A DNA stretch of 55,755 bases from Eledone cirrhosa. Lineage: Eukaryota. Every line of letters starts with the position of its first letter. The first letter of the stretch is position 1. The stretch is taken from positions 1-55,755 of the forward strand of contig CAXHJY010000500.1 in the NCBI GenBank assembly GCA_964016885.1. Direction: 5' to 3'. Positions 40,280 through 53,457 of this stretch are shown here, piece by piece. The translations under genes and the position numbers were made by a program. The notes beneath the pieces were generated by a model. It was not told the origin of the DNA and ran no database searches. It saw nothing but the letters and a program-made list of their open reading frames with translations.

Positions 40280-42530
40280 CAGCAAACACAGAGAGTTCCG
40301 ATGACCATATCTTTCTTAATCGGGTGTAATATTCCCTGGTTACGCGTTCTTTATTACAAATACCATTATAGGATATGTTCTCATCTATCCCCAGGTATCT
40401 GTAGCAGTCCTCATCAGATATCGGTGAAACAGTTAGGCCATTGATAAAAAAATGTTGCTAGATTGGGTTGTAGCTTTTCCCCGCTTTACAGTCATATAAG
40501 AACATTTATCTTGGCCAAACTCCATTCCTATATCCTTTGAGAATGTTGTAATCAGGTCATGGTTTTCCTTCATCCCATTTATGTTCTTGGCATAGAGTTT
40601 CAGGTCATCCACAAAGAAATTATGGGTTAAGTTCCTATTTCTGTCCTCCTGTGAGCCAATGATGTATCTTTCACATTTCTTGAGCAGAAAGGACAAGGGG
40701 TTTAATGACAGGATAAATAATAACATAGAGAGACTGTTTTTAACTTTAGGATAGTAGCTCAAGAAGAAGACAGCTTCTCTATGGCTCTGATAATAATGTA
40801 TGGGACTTTATTTATGTATGCATGTATTATGTATGTATTATGTATGTATGTTTCTCTTTCTGGTGGCAAGGTTGTAAAAGAAATTGTCATCCCTTGAATC
40901 ACAAGAATGTTTTGCAAATTTTCAAGGTGCCAGCTATCGCAGCCATTTGTAGTCTATGAATTAGGGAGCTGCGCTCTTTGTCCACAAATCCAAGTTCAGT
41001 TATACTTTGGTCCAAGCGGGTTGGTATATAAGCTCTAACTCCAATAATGATGGGTATGAAGCTGAAGGTGTATCTTGGATACTGGATCTGTAAACTCCTC
41101 ATCAATGATCCGTAGATGTCCTCCTTCTCTTGTATTTTTCTTACAACGTTGACATCAAGTGGGCAGCTGATCTCTACAACAGAACACGTTTTCAATGTGT
41201 GGTCCCAAATAACAATATCAGGCCGGTTGTACTTTAATTTGGTGGCAGTTTTTATTTTCAGGTTCCACCAGTATTCTTTAGAGCCATCTATCTCAACATA
41301 TTCCTCCTCATTTGTTTTTAATTTTGTTTTCCTAAGTGCGTTCCAGATGGTTCTAGCTATCCCATCGTGTCTCATAGGGAGCTGGTAACGAGACGACATT
41401 CTTTCGCAGTTGGCAACAATGTGACTAACATCTTCGATCTTTGTTTTACATAGCTTACATCTATTGTCGACTGATGGCCCTTCTCTTTTGTGTAGCAGAT
41501 ATTTGGTAGGGGTTTCTATGGTCTGCGTTTTTCATCTCAGGTACCCATGCACACTTTCTCTGTAAATTGTTCCATTTTTTAAATCTTGTTTGAACATTGA
41601 ATAGGATCTTCCAATGTCCATGGGAGAGAGATTTATATCAGGCCTCATTCCATATCTCTCCTCCAGATCAGTGGCTATCCTAATGATATTATCTTCATGC
41701 TCATAAACCTGGGCAAGATGGTTGCTGACCTTTTTCTTCTGATGAAGATGTTGCTTCAGTGTTACTATCCGGGTTTCATATGATGTTAATATGGATTTTA
41801 GACCCCGGTCACCTACCTTGCATGAAAAGTATAGCCTATCCACATCACCATTGATGTTAAAGTTCCCAGTAATACTGAGAAGTTTGCGAGTTCTAACATC
41901 CATCTCACTTAGTTCAGCAGGCCAAATGTTGGTGTTAGAATTGGCACAGTATAAGTATTGTGGGCAATGTATTTGTTGTACACTGATAGTTCTGATGGTA
42001 CTATTTTCTTTACTCTCCTGATGTATTCAGTTCTGGTTTTCTCCTTATTTATGGGTCCATCATATCTAACATTCTCGTCCTGTCCAAGATATCTGTAGTT
42101 GTCACCTGACTGTAGAGGTTGTACTGTAGCCGTTCGTCTCTAAATTTCCAGAGGAGGGCACAACCTTTCCACGTTTTACTATCAAATATGAACATTTGGA
42201 CTCACCAATTTTCATTCTGATGTCTGCAGAAAACTTGTGTAATGAGGTCCAATTGTTTTTTAATATAGTTGATATTTGGCGGATACAACTTCAGATCATC
42301 AACAAATAAAAGATGGGAGACACTTCTGGACCCACTTCTATGGCCACTTTGTTTTGTGAGCAGGTATGTTAGTGGAAGTATTGAGAGGACTAAGCGCAGC
42401 ACTGGTAAGCTATCACCCTGAAAGATGCCTTTCTGGTAATGTATTGTATCAGTCTTGATTTGTTCCTTCTCGCCCCTAAGGATCAAATTGGTGTACCAGT
42501 TCTTGGTCAGACGGGATCTACCTCCTTCGA
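40280..42530 (-). mobile_element. Degraded R4/Dong-like (RLE-bearing) non-LTR elements, two fragments
   Basis: GIFQGDSL, HLLFVDDLKLY, HNFFVDDLKLY, DVRTRKLL, a CCHC-like region at about 41400-41460, RHD..A and NRPDIVIWD..C..E.SCP.D.NV. Confidence 0.85.
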
Positions 42531-42599
42531 ATTGGAAGAGGGTGATTTTGTCGGGGCGCTTGTCAAATAATAAAAATAAGATAAACATAATAAATGAAA

Positions 42600-42772
42600 T
42601 AATTGTTTCTACATTTGGCACAAGGCCAGCAATCACCCCAGTACATTACTGGTACTTTATTTTATCGACCCCGTAAGGATGAAAGGCAAAGTCAACCTCG
42701 GCGGAATTTGAACTCAGATCGTAAAGGGACGTAACTATGCTGGAAAGCATGGCGTCCGACCCTCTACCGATA
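42600..42772 (-). mobile_element. SINE, same family
   Basis: Core and B box; atgaaata on both flanks. Confidence 0.88.
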
Positions 42773-43140
42773 TGAAATATAGATGAAGGAGGGGTGTGGT
42801 AACACTTTACTACATCACCAGTGTGTGGGGTGTATGTCAACTGTATCCCACGGATAGGTGAAGGCACTGTCTCGGAGAACAGACAACATCAGCCACCCCA
42901 TCACATGGTAACCCTTTCTCGGGTGGGTAATTCAATGGGCCGGCATTGTCACCTCGGATCTCCCTGAGAACTACAGTAGACGTTTATGTGTCTATGGAAT
43001 TCTCAGCCAACACACACACACACACACACACACACGTATGCAGCCCCTCACATCTGTGTTAATCGTCTGTTCCAGTCTACCGATTGTAGCAGTTGTAACA
43101 GCCAGTTGCTGCTGTTCTGGCTGCTGTTGTTACTCCTGCG

Positions 43141-44610
43141 TTCTCTCTCTCTCTCTCCGTCTATTGATGTTCTTTCTTTCCCCCTCTCTCTCTCTCTCTC
43201 TCTCTTTCCGTCTATTGATGTTCTTTCTTTCCCCCTCTCTCTCTCTCTCTCTCTTTCCGTCTATTGATGTTCTTTCTTTCCCTCTCTCTCTCCGTCTATT
43301 GATGTTCTTTCTTTCCCTCTCTCTCTCCGTCTATTGATGTTCTTTCTTTCCCTCTCTCTCTCTCCGTCTATTGATATTCTTTCTTTCCCCCTCTCTCTCC
43401 GTCTATTGATGTTCTTTCTTTCCCTCTCTCTCTCCGTCTATTGATGTTCTTTCTTTCCCCCTCTCTCTCCGTCTATTGATGTTCTTTCTTTCCCTCTCTC
43501 TCTCCGTCTATTGATGTTCTTTCTTTCCCTCTCTCTCTCTCCGTCTATTGATATTCTTTCTTTCCCCCTCTCTCTCCGTCTATTGATATTCTTTCTTTCC
43601 CCCTCTCTCTCCGTCTATTGATGTTCTTTCTTTCCCCCTCTCTCTCCGTCTATTGATGTTCTTTCTTTCCCTCTCTCTCTCTCTCCGTCTATTGATATTC
43701 TTTCTTTCCCCCTCTCTCTCCGTCTATTGATGTTCTTTCTTTCCCTCTCTCTCTCTCTCCGGCTATTGATGTTCTTTCTTTCCCTCTCTCTCTCTCTCCG
43801 TCTATTGATGTTCTTTCTTTCCCTCTCTCTCTCCGTCTATTGTTGTTCTTTCTTTCCCTCTCTCTCTCTCTCCGTCTATTGATGTTCTTTCTTTCCCTCT
43901 CCCTCTCCGTCTATTGATGTTCTTCCCCCCCCCTCTCTCTGTACCTCTTTATATTCTCCACCTCTCCCTTCCTCTCTCACTCCCTCTCTGTATTTATAGA
44001 CGTTTCCCCTCTTTCTCTCTCTGTATTTATAGACGTTCTCTCCCTCCCTCTCTGTATTTATAGACATTCTTCCCTGTCTCCCTCTCTGTGTTTATAGACG
44101 TTCTCCCCCTCTTTCTCTCTCTGTAGATGTTCTCTTCTCTCTCTCTCTGTAGATGTTCTCCTCTCTCTGTAGATATTCTCCCCCTCTTTCTCTCTCTTCC
44201 TGTCTATAGACGTTCTCTCCCTCTTTCTCTCCCTCTCTCTGTTTATAGACGTTCTCTCCCTCTTTCTCTCTCTCTCTTTTCCTGTTTATAGATGTTCTGC
44301 CCCTCTTTCTCTCTCTCCTCCTCTTTCTCTCTCTCCTCCTCTTTCTCTCTCTTCCTGTTTATAGATGTCCCCCCCCTCTTTCTCTCTCTTCCTCTCTATA
44401 GACGTTCTTCATATATTTCTCTCTCTTTCTCTCTCTTCCTGTTTACAGATGTTCTGCCCCTCTTTCTCTCTATAGACGTTCTTCATCTCTTTCTCTCTCT
44501 TTCTCTCTCTTCCTGTTTATAGATGTTCTCCCCCTCTTTCTCTCTATAGACGTTCTTCATCTCTTTCTCTCTCTTCCTGTCTATAGACGTACTTCATCTC
44601 TCTTTCTCTT
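43141..44610. repeat. Pyrimidine-rich minisatellite of about 35-40 bp (ccgtctattgatgttctttctttccc(tc)n), decaying rightwards
   Basis: Direct reading. Confidence 0.92.
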
Positions 44611-44624
44611 AGTGTCTAGGCAGG

Positions 44625-44705
44625 CGAAATGCGCAGGCGCACGACCTACTTTCGTTCACAGCACACGAGCGACACCAGTTCCCGGAAGAAAAACTCTCGC
44701 GGAAA
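44625..44705. promoter_or_regulatory. CpG-rich promoter-like patch (NRF1-, ETS- and TCTCGCG-type motifs)
   Basis: TGCGCAGGCGCA at 44630-44641, CCGGAAG at 44682-44688 and TCTCGCGG at 44695-44702 in otherwise CpG-poor DNA; no linked gene identified. Confidence 0.4.
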
Positions 44706-44984
44706 AGAAAGCCGAGCTAGAAGAAAAAAAAAAAAAGACTTTGAAGAAGGAAAAAAGGGAAGAAGGAAGAGAATATCATTTATTCTCTCTCTCAAGAGTC
44801 GGCTGAAAAGTTCGTAGGCTGACTATGAAAGAGTTCAATCACTAATTTCAACTCATTCCTGGGCAATGAATGAGTGGGTGTACCGTACCCCCACCTCAGC
44901 ATCTAAAAGATTGTTATCACCCTTCTTTGATATCAAGACAGCAAAGTGTAAACAAGTTGGTGTATAGGTGCCAGATACACAATA

Positions 44985-45170
44985 ACATGTGGCGGAGGTG
45001 AGAGACGAGTTTCTGACAGTAACATGTGGCGGAGGTGAGACGGGAGTTTCTGACAGTAATGTGTGGCGGAGGGGAGACATGAGTTTCTGACAGTAATGTG
45101 TGGCGGAGGGGAGACATGAGTTTCTGACAGTAATGTGTGGCGGAGGGGAGACAGGAGTTTCTGACAGTAG
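44985..45170. repeat. About 5 x 37-bp tandem repeat inside a dispersed repeat (44955-45279; diverged unamplified copy at 46048-46230)
   Basis: Unit gagtttctgacagtaatgtgtggcggaggggagacat; the element ends gttgggaatcactg (hAT-like TIR). Confidence 0.8.
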
Positions 45171-45816
45171 GTATAAAACCTGAAGTTTGTTCTCATTAAC
45201 ATCATTTTCAAATGGCCGACCCCCTTAAACATTCAAATTGTCCCCTTGTGTGGTGTGCACCCCACGTTGGGAATCACTGTTCCAGTGACTATATTGAAAA
45301 ATAAAGCTCAGCCTATGAACTTTTCAGCCGACTCTCTTATATTTCCTCCTTTCACCTGGCGAGAGGGGGAACAAAGGGTGTTGGAGCTGCCCTTAAATAA
45401 GTTACAGGCAAGACAACACACACTTATAGCATTGCCGGAGGTGATACCAACACCAAGGAGTAACCAACAGTGACCAAAAGCAGCCCGCCTCATCCAAATG
45501 TCTCGAACTGAAAAAAATATTTATAGTTTTTCTTTCTATATTTCCTGGTATTTGAGGTTTGTTTCTCAGTCAATTCGTGCCATTTATTACGGCCGTCTCA
45601 GTATCAGGTTTCCCCTCCATTTGGAAGAGTCACACTAGCAACCAATACAGAAAGAACTTTAAGATGGTCTACCAAAGTTCACTGAGAAGTTAGCTCAGTG
45701 AAGATTACAATCGGCATCCCATTGTGTCTATAACGCATCCCATTGTGTATATAACTCATTGTATATATAACTCAGTATTTAAAACCTACTTTTAAACCGA
45801 TTCAAAATGGTCTCCC

Positions 45817-45975
45817 ATTGCTCCATGTCAATGGTTCCCAACATTTTGTACACCATGCTCCATGTCAATGGTTCCCAACATTTTGTACACCATGCTCCAT
45901 GTCAATGGTTCCCAACATTTTGTACACCATGCTCCATGTGAATGGTTCCCAACATTTTGTACACCATGCCCCACC
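45817..45975. repeat. 4 x 37-bp tandem repeat containing a hAT-like terminus
   Basis: Unit tgctccatgtcaatggttcccaacattttgtacacca; CAATGGTTCCCAA resembles CAGTGGTTCCCAA. Confidence 0.8.
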
Positions 45976-47056
45976 TCAACATCTCAAACATGTTTATGCC
46001 CCACTTTGATATAAAAACGGCAATGATCAACTAGAAAGTATAAAGAAATTGGTGTATAGATGCCAGATGTACAATAACATCAGTGGAGGAGGTGAGACAG
46101 GAGTTCCAAAGTTGCCTTGATGTAAAAGTAATAAGGTAAAACCTGAAGTTTGCTCTCATTAACATCATTTTCAAATTGCCCGCTTAAATATTCATATTGC
46201 TTCCCTGTGGTGTGTGCACCCCACGTGGTACTGAAGGTGTCACAATTAAACAACTTTTTACAGGCAGTAGATATAAATTATTTTCAAATTTCTATGTAGT
46301 GATGTTTCTAACTTAACTTAAATGTTTAGAGATGTGAATTTAAAAAGCAAATTAATGTTTATTTCAAAACGGAAATCATTTTGGTTTCTTTTCTTTTTTT
46401 TTTTAGTTAACGGCAATGTGTAAGGGGGGCGATCTCGCTTTGGATGTAAAATTTATATGTATTTCCTTTGGTGTTTTTGAACGATTCTGACCTTCAAAAC
46501 CGTCAAATTATTCCTGTCTTTAGTCAACAGAGGGAGGGGAGTGTAATTGTAAATATTTACCCGTGTAATGTCGGCTTTGTGTATACATATTTCTGAGAAA
46601 AACCAAGATGCGGCATTACCACGTCGCTCACATAACAGGGAATGTTGGTGTTGCTTTCTAAATATTTCAGAAGCAAGATAAGATATGGCATTACCATAAG
46701 TGATAGTCCTTCAATTACACAACAGAGAATGTTGGTGTTACCAACTAAACATTTTTGGAGCAAGTCAAGACACTCACGGCATTATCGCGAGTGATAGCGA
46801 GGCTAAGAAGTTGGAATAGCCAAGCACCGTCACGTTTCCATATCTTCTTCCCCACCTTTATTTTTCATTCTGACTCATCTTTTTTGTATATTTTGTTAAT
46901 TCTTTTGTCTTTCCTGTTACTGGTTCCGGTGATAAGACTGCGACCATGCTGGGGCACTGCCTCAAATAAAATTAGCCGATCACACCGACCCCAGTGCATA
47001 TTTTAAAGTTTGGTATTTATTATATGGATCTCCTTTTGTCGAACCGATATGTTGCA

Positions 47057-47354
47057 ACACACACACCCACACACCCACACCACACCACACACACCCACAC
47101 CCACACCACACCCACACCACACCCACACACACACCACACACACACCACACACCACACCACACACACACCACACACCACACCACACACACACCCACACCCA
47201 CACCACACCCACACCACACACACACCCACACCCACACCACACCACACACACACACACACACACCACACCCACACCACACACACCACACACACACCACACA
47301 CACCCACACACCCACACACACACCACACACACACACACACACACCACACCCACA

Positions 47355-47421
<67 letters not shown>

Positions 47422-47513
47422 ACACACACCACACACACCACACACACCACACCCACACCCACACCCACACCCACACCCACACCCACACCACACCCACACC
47501 ACACCGCACCACA
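47057..47513. repeat. (CA)/(CAC)/(CACACC) compound tract
   Basis: Direct reading. Confidence 0.97.
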
Positions 47514-47982
47514 CGAATGGTTTAAGAAATCTACTCTGTCATCACATTATATTTATATAAATATAGACACGAGTATTCAGACCCGGAGGGGGGATAGTCT
47601 CCGCCAGGTTTAAAATGATGCCCTAGAAATGCCGTATGTAAACACGGTGCCCTTACGACTCTCTCAGGAGTTAGGGGACCCTGCATACATATAGGTATTT
47701 CCCGGCACCGAAGACTCATCGTCATCGAGGACGCACCCTAATTTTGACAACAAAACATTTAAAAAAAAAAAAAAAAAAATTGTTTCTACTTTAGGCACAA
47801 GGCCAACAATTACCCAGTGCATTACTGGTACTTTATTTTATAAAAAAAAAAAAATAATAAACAACCTTCGACTTCCAGGAGGCTACCATAAGAACTACTG
47901 GTCGCCCTGCTGAATCTCACTGTAACCATCCTCCCAGGGACATATTGAGTTGTAACAACGTTATCAGCCCCACCACAATTAT

Positions 47983-48487
47983 CTATCTATATATCTAAGG
48001 CGGGTAAAATTCCCGAGATCCATGGACGAGTTCTCTCCAGCGGTCTCTGTCCCTCATTATCGCTGCCATATCCTGCGTCTCCAACAGACCAGTGTCTGTC
48101 CTTAGGGCATCAACATACGTTAACCTTGGTCTTCCTCTTCCAGTGTGTCCATGTGGAAGTCGGTGTGGGGGAAGTCGGACCTTCGTAGAGACCTGAAAGT
48201 CCGCCTCTTCATTGCTGTAGTGGAGTCTGTGCTGCTGTACGGGTCTGAGACTTGGACACTGACCAAGAAACTCACTCAGATGGTGGATGGGTGCTACACG
48301 AGAATGCGGAGGATGGCTCTGAACATTAATCAGTATATACTGAGGATGAAAAACTCAGAGCTGTACGGGAGCCTCCCAAAAGTCAGCTCAAATGTGACAC
48401 AGAGGAGACTGAGGTTGGCTGGACATGCTCACCGACATCCAGAGTTGACATTGCACTCAGTGCTCCTTTGGGAGCCCCTACATGGAC
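47983..48487 (-). mobile_element. Same LINE family, 5'-inverted copy with an 11-bp TSD
   Basis: 47995-48154 is the minus-strand 3' end; 48155-48487 is the upstream part on the plus strand; TSD accacaattat at 47972-47982 and 48486-48496. Confidence 0.85.
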
Positions 48488-48490
48488 CAC

Positions 48491-48556
<66 letters not shown>

Positions 48557-48576
48557 TGTATGTATATATATACATG

Positions 48577-48737
48577 CAGTAGTCCCTCAGTATTCGCGGG
48601 GGTTACGTTCCTAGAGAACAAGCAAAGAGTGAAAAACCGCGAATATTGGACGTGATCCATAAAAACGCTTATATTTTGTAAGTAAAACCCCGCGAATAAC
48701 CGGAACAGCGAATGTCGTGACTGCGAATGCCGGGGTA

Positions 48738-48743
<6 letters not shown>
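48577..48743. mobile_element. Tc1/mariner-pogo (Tigger-like) MITE
   Basis: cagtagtccctcagtattcgcg at one end and gcgaatgccggggtacactata at the other form an imperfect TIR pair in a TA context. Confidence 0.6.
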
Positions 48744-48779
<36 letters not shown>

Positions 48780-48892
48780 TATATATATATGTGCGTGTGT
48801 TTCTTATTGGCAACATGACCCTCCCAAAGTATAACAATATCGGTTTCAACACACGATTTCAGATAAAGAATCTTGCTAAACAAATTCAGAAA

Positions 48893-48952
<60 letters not shown>

Positions 48953-49329
48953 TACACAGCTAGTATACGTGGTGTATATATTAACGGGTTTGCAATGAAC
49001 TGGTTGAGTTGTATACATACTCTATATTTTACGTTATGGATTCCATATATTTGCTTCATCGCGAAACATGTTATATACACTGTTATATACACTGTATACA
49101 ATGTTATATACACTGTATACAATGTTATATACACTGTATACAATGTTATATACAACGTATACAATGTTATATACAACGTATACAATGTTATATACAACAT
49201 ATACACCTTCTATACATTGTATACATTAAGGTATTTGCTATAGTTTGTGTATTTTATGAAATACACTTATGATTTGCTTTGACAGACCTAAGTTCCAATG
49301 TTATAAAGAAATATATCTACCAATAAAGA

Positions 49330-49640
49330 AATATATATATAAAGAGAGAGAGAGAAGACGTTATAGTAAACATGGGAGAGTGAGAGGGAGACAGACAGAC
49401 CTATATATAAAGAGAGAGAGGGCGTTATAGTAAACATGGGAGAGAGAGAGAGACAGACCTATATATAAAGAGAGAGAGAAGACGTTATAGTAAACATGGG
49501 AGAGAGAGTGAGAGAGACAGACCTATATATAAAGAGAGGGCGTTACAGTAAACATGGGTGAAAGAGAGAGAGAGCTTTATAGTATACATGAGAGAGAGGT
49601 GAGAGAATGAGAGAGAGAGAGAGAGGCAGATTTACAGTAA
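49330..49640. repeat. GA-rich minisatellite of about 55-62 bp; a 21-bp repeat lies at 49069-49203
   Basis: gttatagtaaacatgggagagag..cagacctatatataaag recurs 5-6 times. Confidence 0.8.
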
Positions 49641-50704
49641 ACACGCGCACGTGAGAGTAAGAGAAAGATAGGAAGAAAACAAGAGAGAGAGAGAGAGAGC
49701 GCAACAGCGAGAAAGAGAAAGGCAAGAAGAAAACAAAAGAGAGAGAGAGAGCGCGCAATTGGGAGAAAAAGAGAGAAAGACAGGAAGAAAACAAGAGAGA
49801 GAGAGATCGACAGGGAGAAATAGAGAGAAAGATAGGAAGAAGAAAACAAGAGAGATAAAGAGTGACAGGGAGTAATAGAGAGAGAGAGAGAGGTAGGAAG
49901 AAAATGAAAGAGAGAGAGGGTGTGTGTGTATATGTGAAAGAGAGGAGAGAATGCGGACATTTGATTGGTTGTTTACGAGAGTCATGTATCGGCTGTCGTG
50001 TGTCGACAATAATGGAAGCTTCTGATTGGCTGCGACAGCTTTCTTATATTACATAACTTAACAACAAAGCATTTCAAATCTGATTTGATTCCACAGCGAC
50101 AACAGCTCCGTGAAAAAATGTCAAAATTTGCTAAACTTGCAAAAATCAGGGAAGAATTTATAAATGATAAAGGAAGGAAGGAAAGAAGGAGTAGTGAAGG
50201 GGGGGGGAGGACATTATTGAGAAGGAAGGGGAGGACATCATTGGAGGGGGGGGGCGTAGGACATGATTGAGAGGGAGGGGGGAAAATAGAGAAAAAGTGA
50301 TGAAGTGAGAGAGAGATTAAAGTGTGTGTGTGTGTGTGGGGGGGGGGGATAGTGTCACAAAAGAGAGAGAGAGAGAGAAGTGAGACACGGTAAGCGGAGG
50401 AGAGAGGTGGAACGATGTGTGTGAGAAAGTAGGAAGTAGGGCCAGAGAGAGAGAGAGAGAGAATATTCGAAGAGAGGACTTCGTATGAAATCATCAGGAC
50501 TGCCGGTTACCCCCAATACAGCTCGTTTTCCCAATACCTTATCCAGTTATTGACGCCCTGGGGCGAGGTATATTGTCTTTAAAGCGTAGAAATATCCTAG
50601 ACTAGACTCCCGGTAGACAACTTATGACGACCCCCCCCCCGTTCTTGCTTTCTTCGTATTCCCACTGCATTTTAAGTTACCTTAAATAGCAAACTACACA
50701 GCCA

Positions 50705-50748
<44 letters not shown>

Positions 50749-51716
50749 ACGAAGGAAATGTGGTAAGGAACCAGGTGGACCATAACGCACCAAAGTACTC
50801 AATACTTAGGGTAGTAGAGTGGGTATAGGAAAAGAGTCAGGACCCCCGTTTCGACGGCTAATTCTGGACTAAAAAATTTTTTAGTCCAGAATTAGCCGTC
50901 GAAACGGTTTGAGCTCAGCCGTCGGGGTCCTACTCGTTCCTATATATATATATAAATATATAGGAACGAGTAGTGTGTGTAGGAACAATAAACATAGAAG
51001 TGAGGTGTAGGTAGAGAGTTAGTTCATTGTTTTACGATCGTTCCAGGGTAGATTGAACGGTGGGGATCGATGTATCAACTAGCATGGTAGTGGTTAATTT
51101 ACTACCCATTACTCGTCTCGAAGACCCTGTCCTCCTCAGAAACACTAAACTAGACGTAAATGACTCTGTAACCTGGACTGATTTTCTTCGGGGATAACTT
51201 AGGGCCGTGACCCCCCCCCCCACACACACAAGAACTACTGGTCACACTGGTTACTCTGGTCACACTGCCGAATAACGCCGCAACTGCCCTTCATAGGATA
51301 TATTGAGTTCTAACAACAACGTTATCAGCCCCACCACAACCAGGTGGACTCCGATATATATAATATATAATATAAACAAAGAAAGTGTTGTAAGCAACAA
51401 TATGGACCATAAGGCACCAGAGTACTCAATACTTAGGGTAGTAGAGTAGGTAATAGGAAAGAGTCAGGACCCCGAAGGCTGAGCTTCCAAAAATGATACA
51501 TCCCCCCCCAAAAAAAAACAACAACCATGGCTATGTGTTGGGCCGGTGTTACCCCTGGCATACTTACAGTCACTCTAACAACATTCCTTGTTTCTTCTCT
51601 TTTTTTCTTTTACTTTCTTACCCTCATAAGAGATAGCGGAAGATAAATACAAGTGGTGTGTATATAAACACCATTAATCTGGATACCTGATTATGGAATT
51701 TTACGCGATGCCCCCC

Positions 51717-51771
<55 letters not shown>

Positions 51772-51773
<2 letters not shown>

Positions 51774-52035
51774 CCCCGGCGGACGGGATGGAGAAGGCGT
51801 TCCCTCGGAGGACGGTAAGGGAGACGCGCTGGAAAAGCCACTCCAACTCGCTCGCGGGGTTAACACTTGCGGCGGCTGGCCAGCTCAGCGCCTATGGTGG
51901 TGAGTAAGGGTGTAGCCCTGGGGCCGAGGACACCAGTAGTCTCCACTGCCAAGGGTACAACCGCAAACCTGTCGGAGAACGACCGGTATTTGAGTAGCTT
52001 GGCCTCCTCAGTCCGACATGCAGCAGAACCTGGGT
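51772..52035 (-). mobile_element. Second CRE-like fragment
   Basis: Nucleotide-similar to 39350-39610; abuts (CA)n. Confidence 0.7.
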
Positions 52036-52148
52036 TGTTGTAAAGATTTCGCTCTTAACGCCTGATCGGTTTGGCATCCACAGGTCAGATTATCTTACAC
52101 CCTCCCCTTTGTTCTACAGGCCATCTCAGCCCCTCCCCACCTGGTATG

Positions 52149-52194
<46 letters not shown>

Positions 52195-52574
52195 CATTTC
52201 TCCACACACAGACTATATCAATCATATAAAGACTTTGCCACCAGATCTACCAACCTAACACTCTTATTTACCTACCTAAGTGCCTCTACCACACATATCT
52301 CTCTGCCACACTATATAAACAAGACGCACATGCGTGCCACACATATAACATTTGCACTATATAACCACTTATCTTCATGTTGTACTTTAACCTATATCTT
52401 TGATTTTTGATTGTACCTATTAATATAAATGTAATCTCAAAGTGTGTACTGCCAATCTAAATTCTGTAATGAATGTTGACCCACAATGTTTGAATATGTA
52501 TCAATGTTTGAATATGTGTTGGTATGTCTCTCGGCTGAAAAGGAGGTCATATAACTGTCCATGCATTAATAAAT

Positions 52575-52621
52575 TGCTCCGAAGAATCCAAACCTCGGTT
52601 TGGAGGAAACAGCTGTAAGCA
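52575..52621 (+). ncRNA. Atypical minimal type I hammerhead ribozyme motif
   Basis: TGCT-CCGAAGA-ATCCAAACC tc GGTTTGGAG-GAAA-CAGCTG-TA-AGCA. Confidence 0.65.
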
Positions 52622-52822
52622 CAATAATGTTTTGAACAGTTCTTTGATTCTTATATTTCATATAACTGCTCTGTAAATCATCTGATGTTTTTACATTGAG
52701 CTACTTAACTTACTGGTAATAAGGTAGTAATACATTACTGCCTACTACTATTTAGGGTGTGTGTAAAATACTTACAACTGCTTAAGGTTTTGTGTTTACA
52801 TAACCATAAATAGTATAACTAA

Positions 52823-52882
<60 letters not shown>

Positions 52883-52943
52883 AACAAGCAAATTATAAAC
52901 GTAAACATGTAAGTATGTTTTTGAAACGGTGCGCGAGTTTGAA

Positions 52944-53121
52944 ATTAGAAATTATAAGCTTTCACCGTATTTTTAGACTAAAGAAATGTCTAGCCTGATA
53001 CTGAGTGTTGCCATGTACGGCAGCACTCATCTTTTTCCATTTCTCCGAGGGTTATAAACCCCACTATCAGGCTAGACATTTCTTTAGTCTAAAAATACGG
53101 TGAAAGCTTATAATTTCTAAT
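52944..53121. repeat. Perfect 57-bp inverted repeat with a 64-nt spacer
   Basis: Arms at 52944-53000 and 53065-53121. Confidence 0.9.
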
Positions 53122-53426
53122 ATATATGTATGTATATATATGTATACATATATATATATATGTATACATGTCTGTGTATGTATATGTATGTATATATATA
53201 TATGTATACATATATATATATATATGTATACATGTCTGTGTATGTATATGTATGTATATATATATGTATACATATATATATATGTATACATGTCTGTGTA
53301 TGTATATGTATGTATATATATATGTATATATATATATATATATATGTATACATGTCTGTGTATGTATATGTATGTATATATATATGTATACATATATATA
53401 TATGTATACATGTCTGTGTATGTATG

Positions 53427-53457
<31 letters not shown>

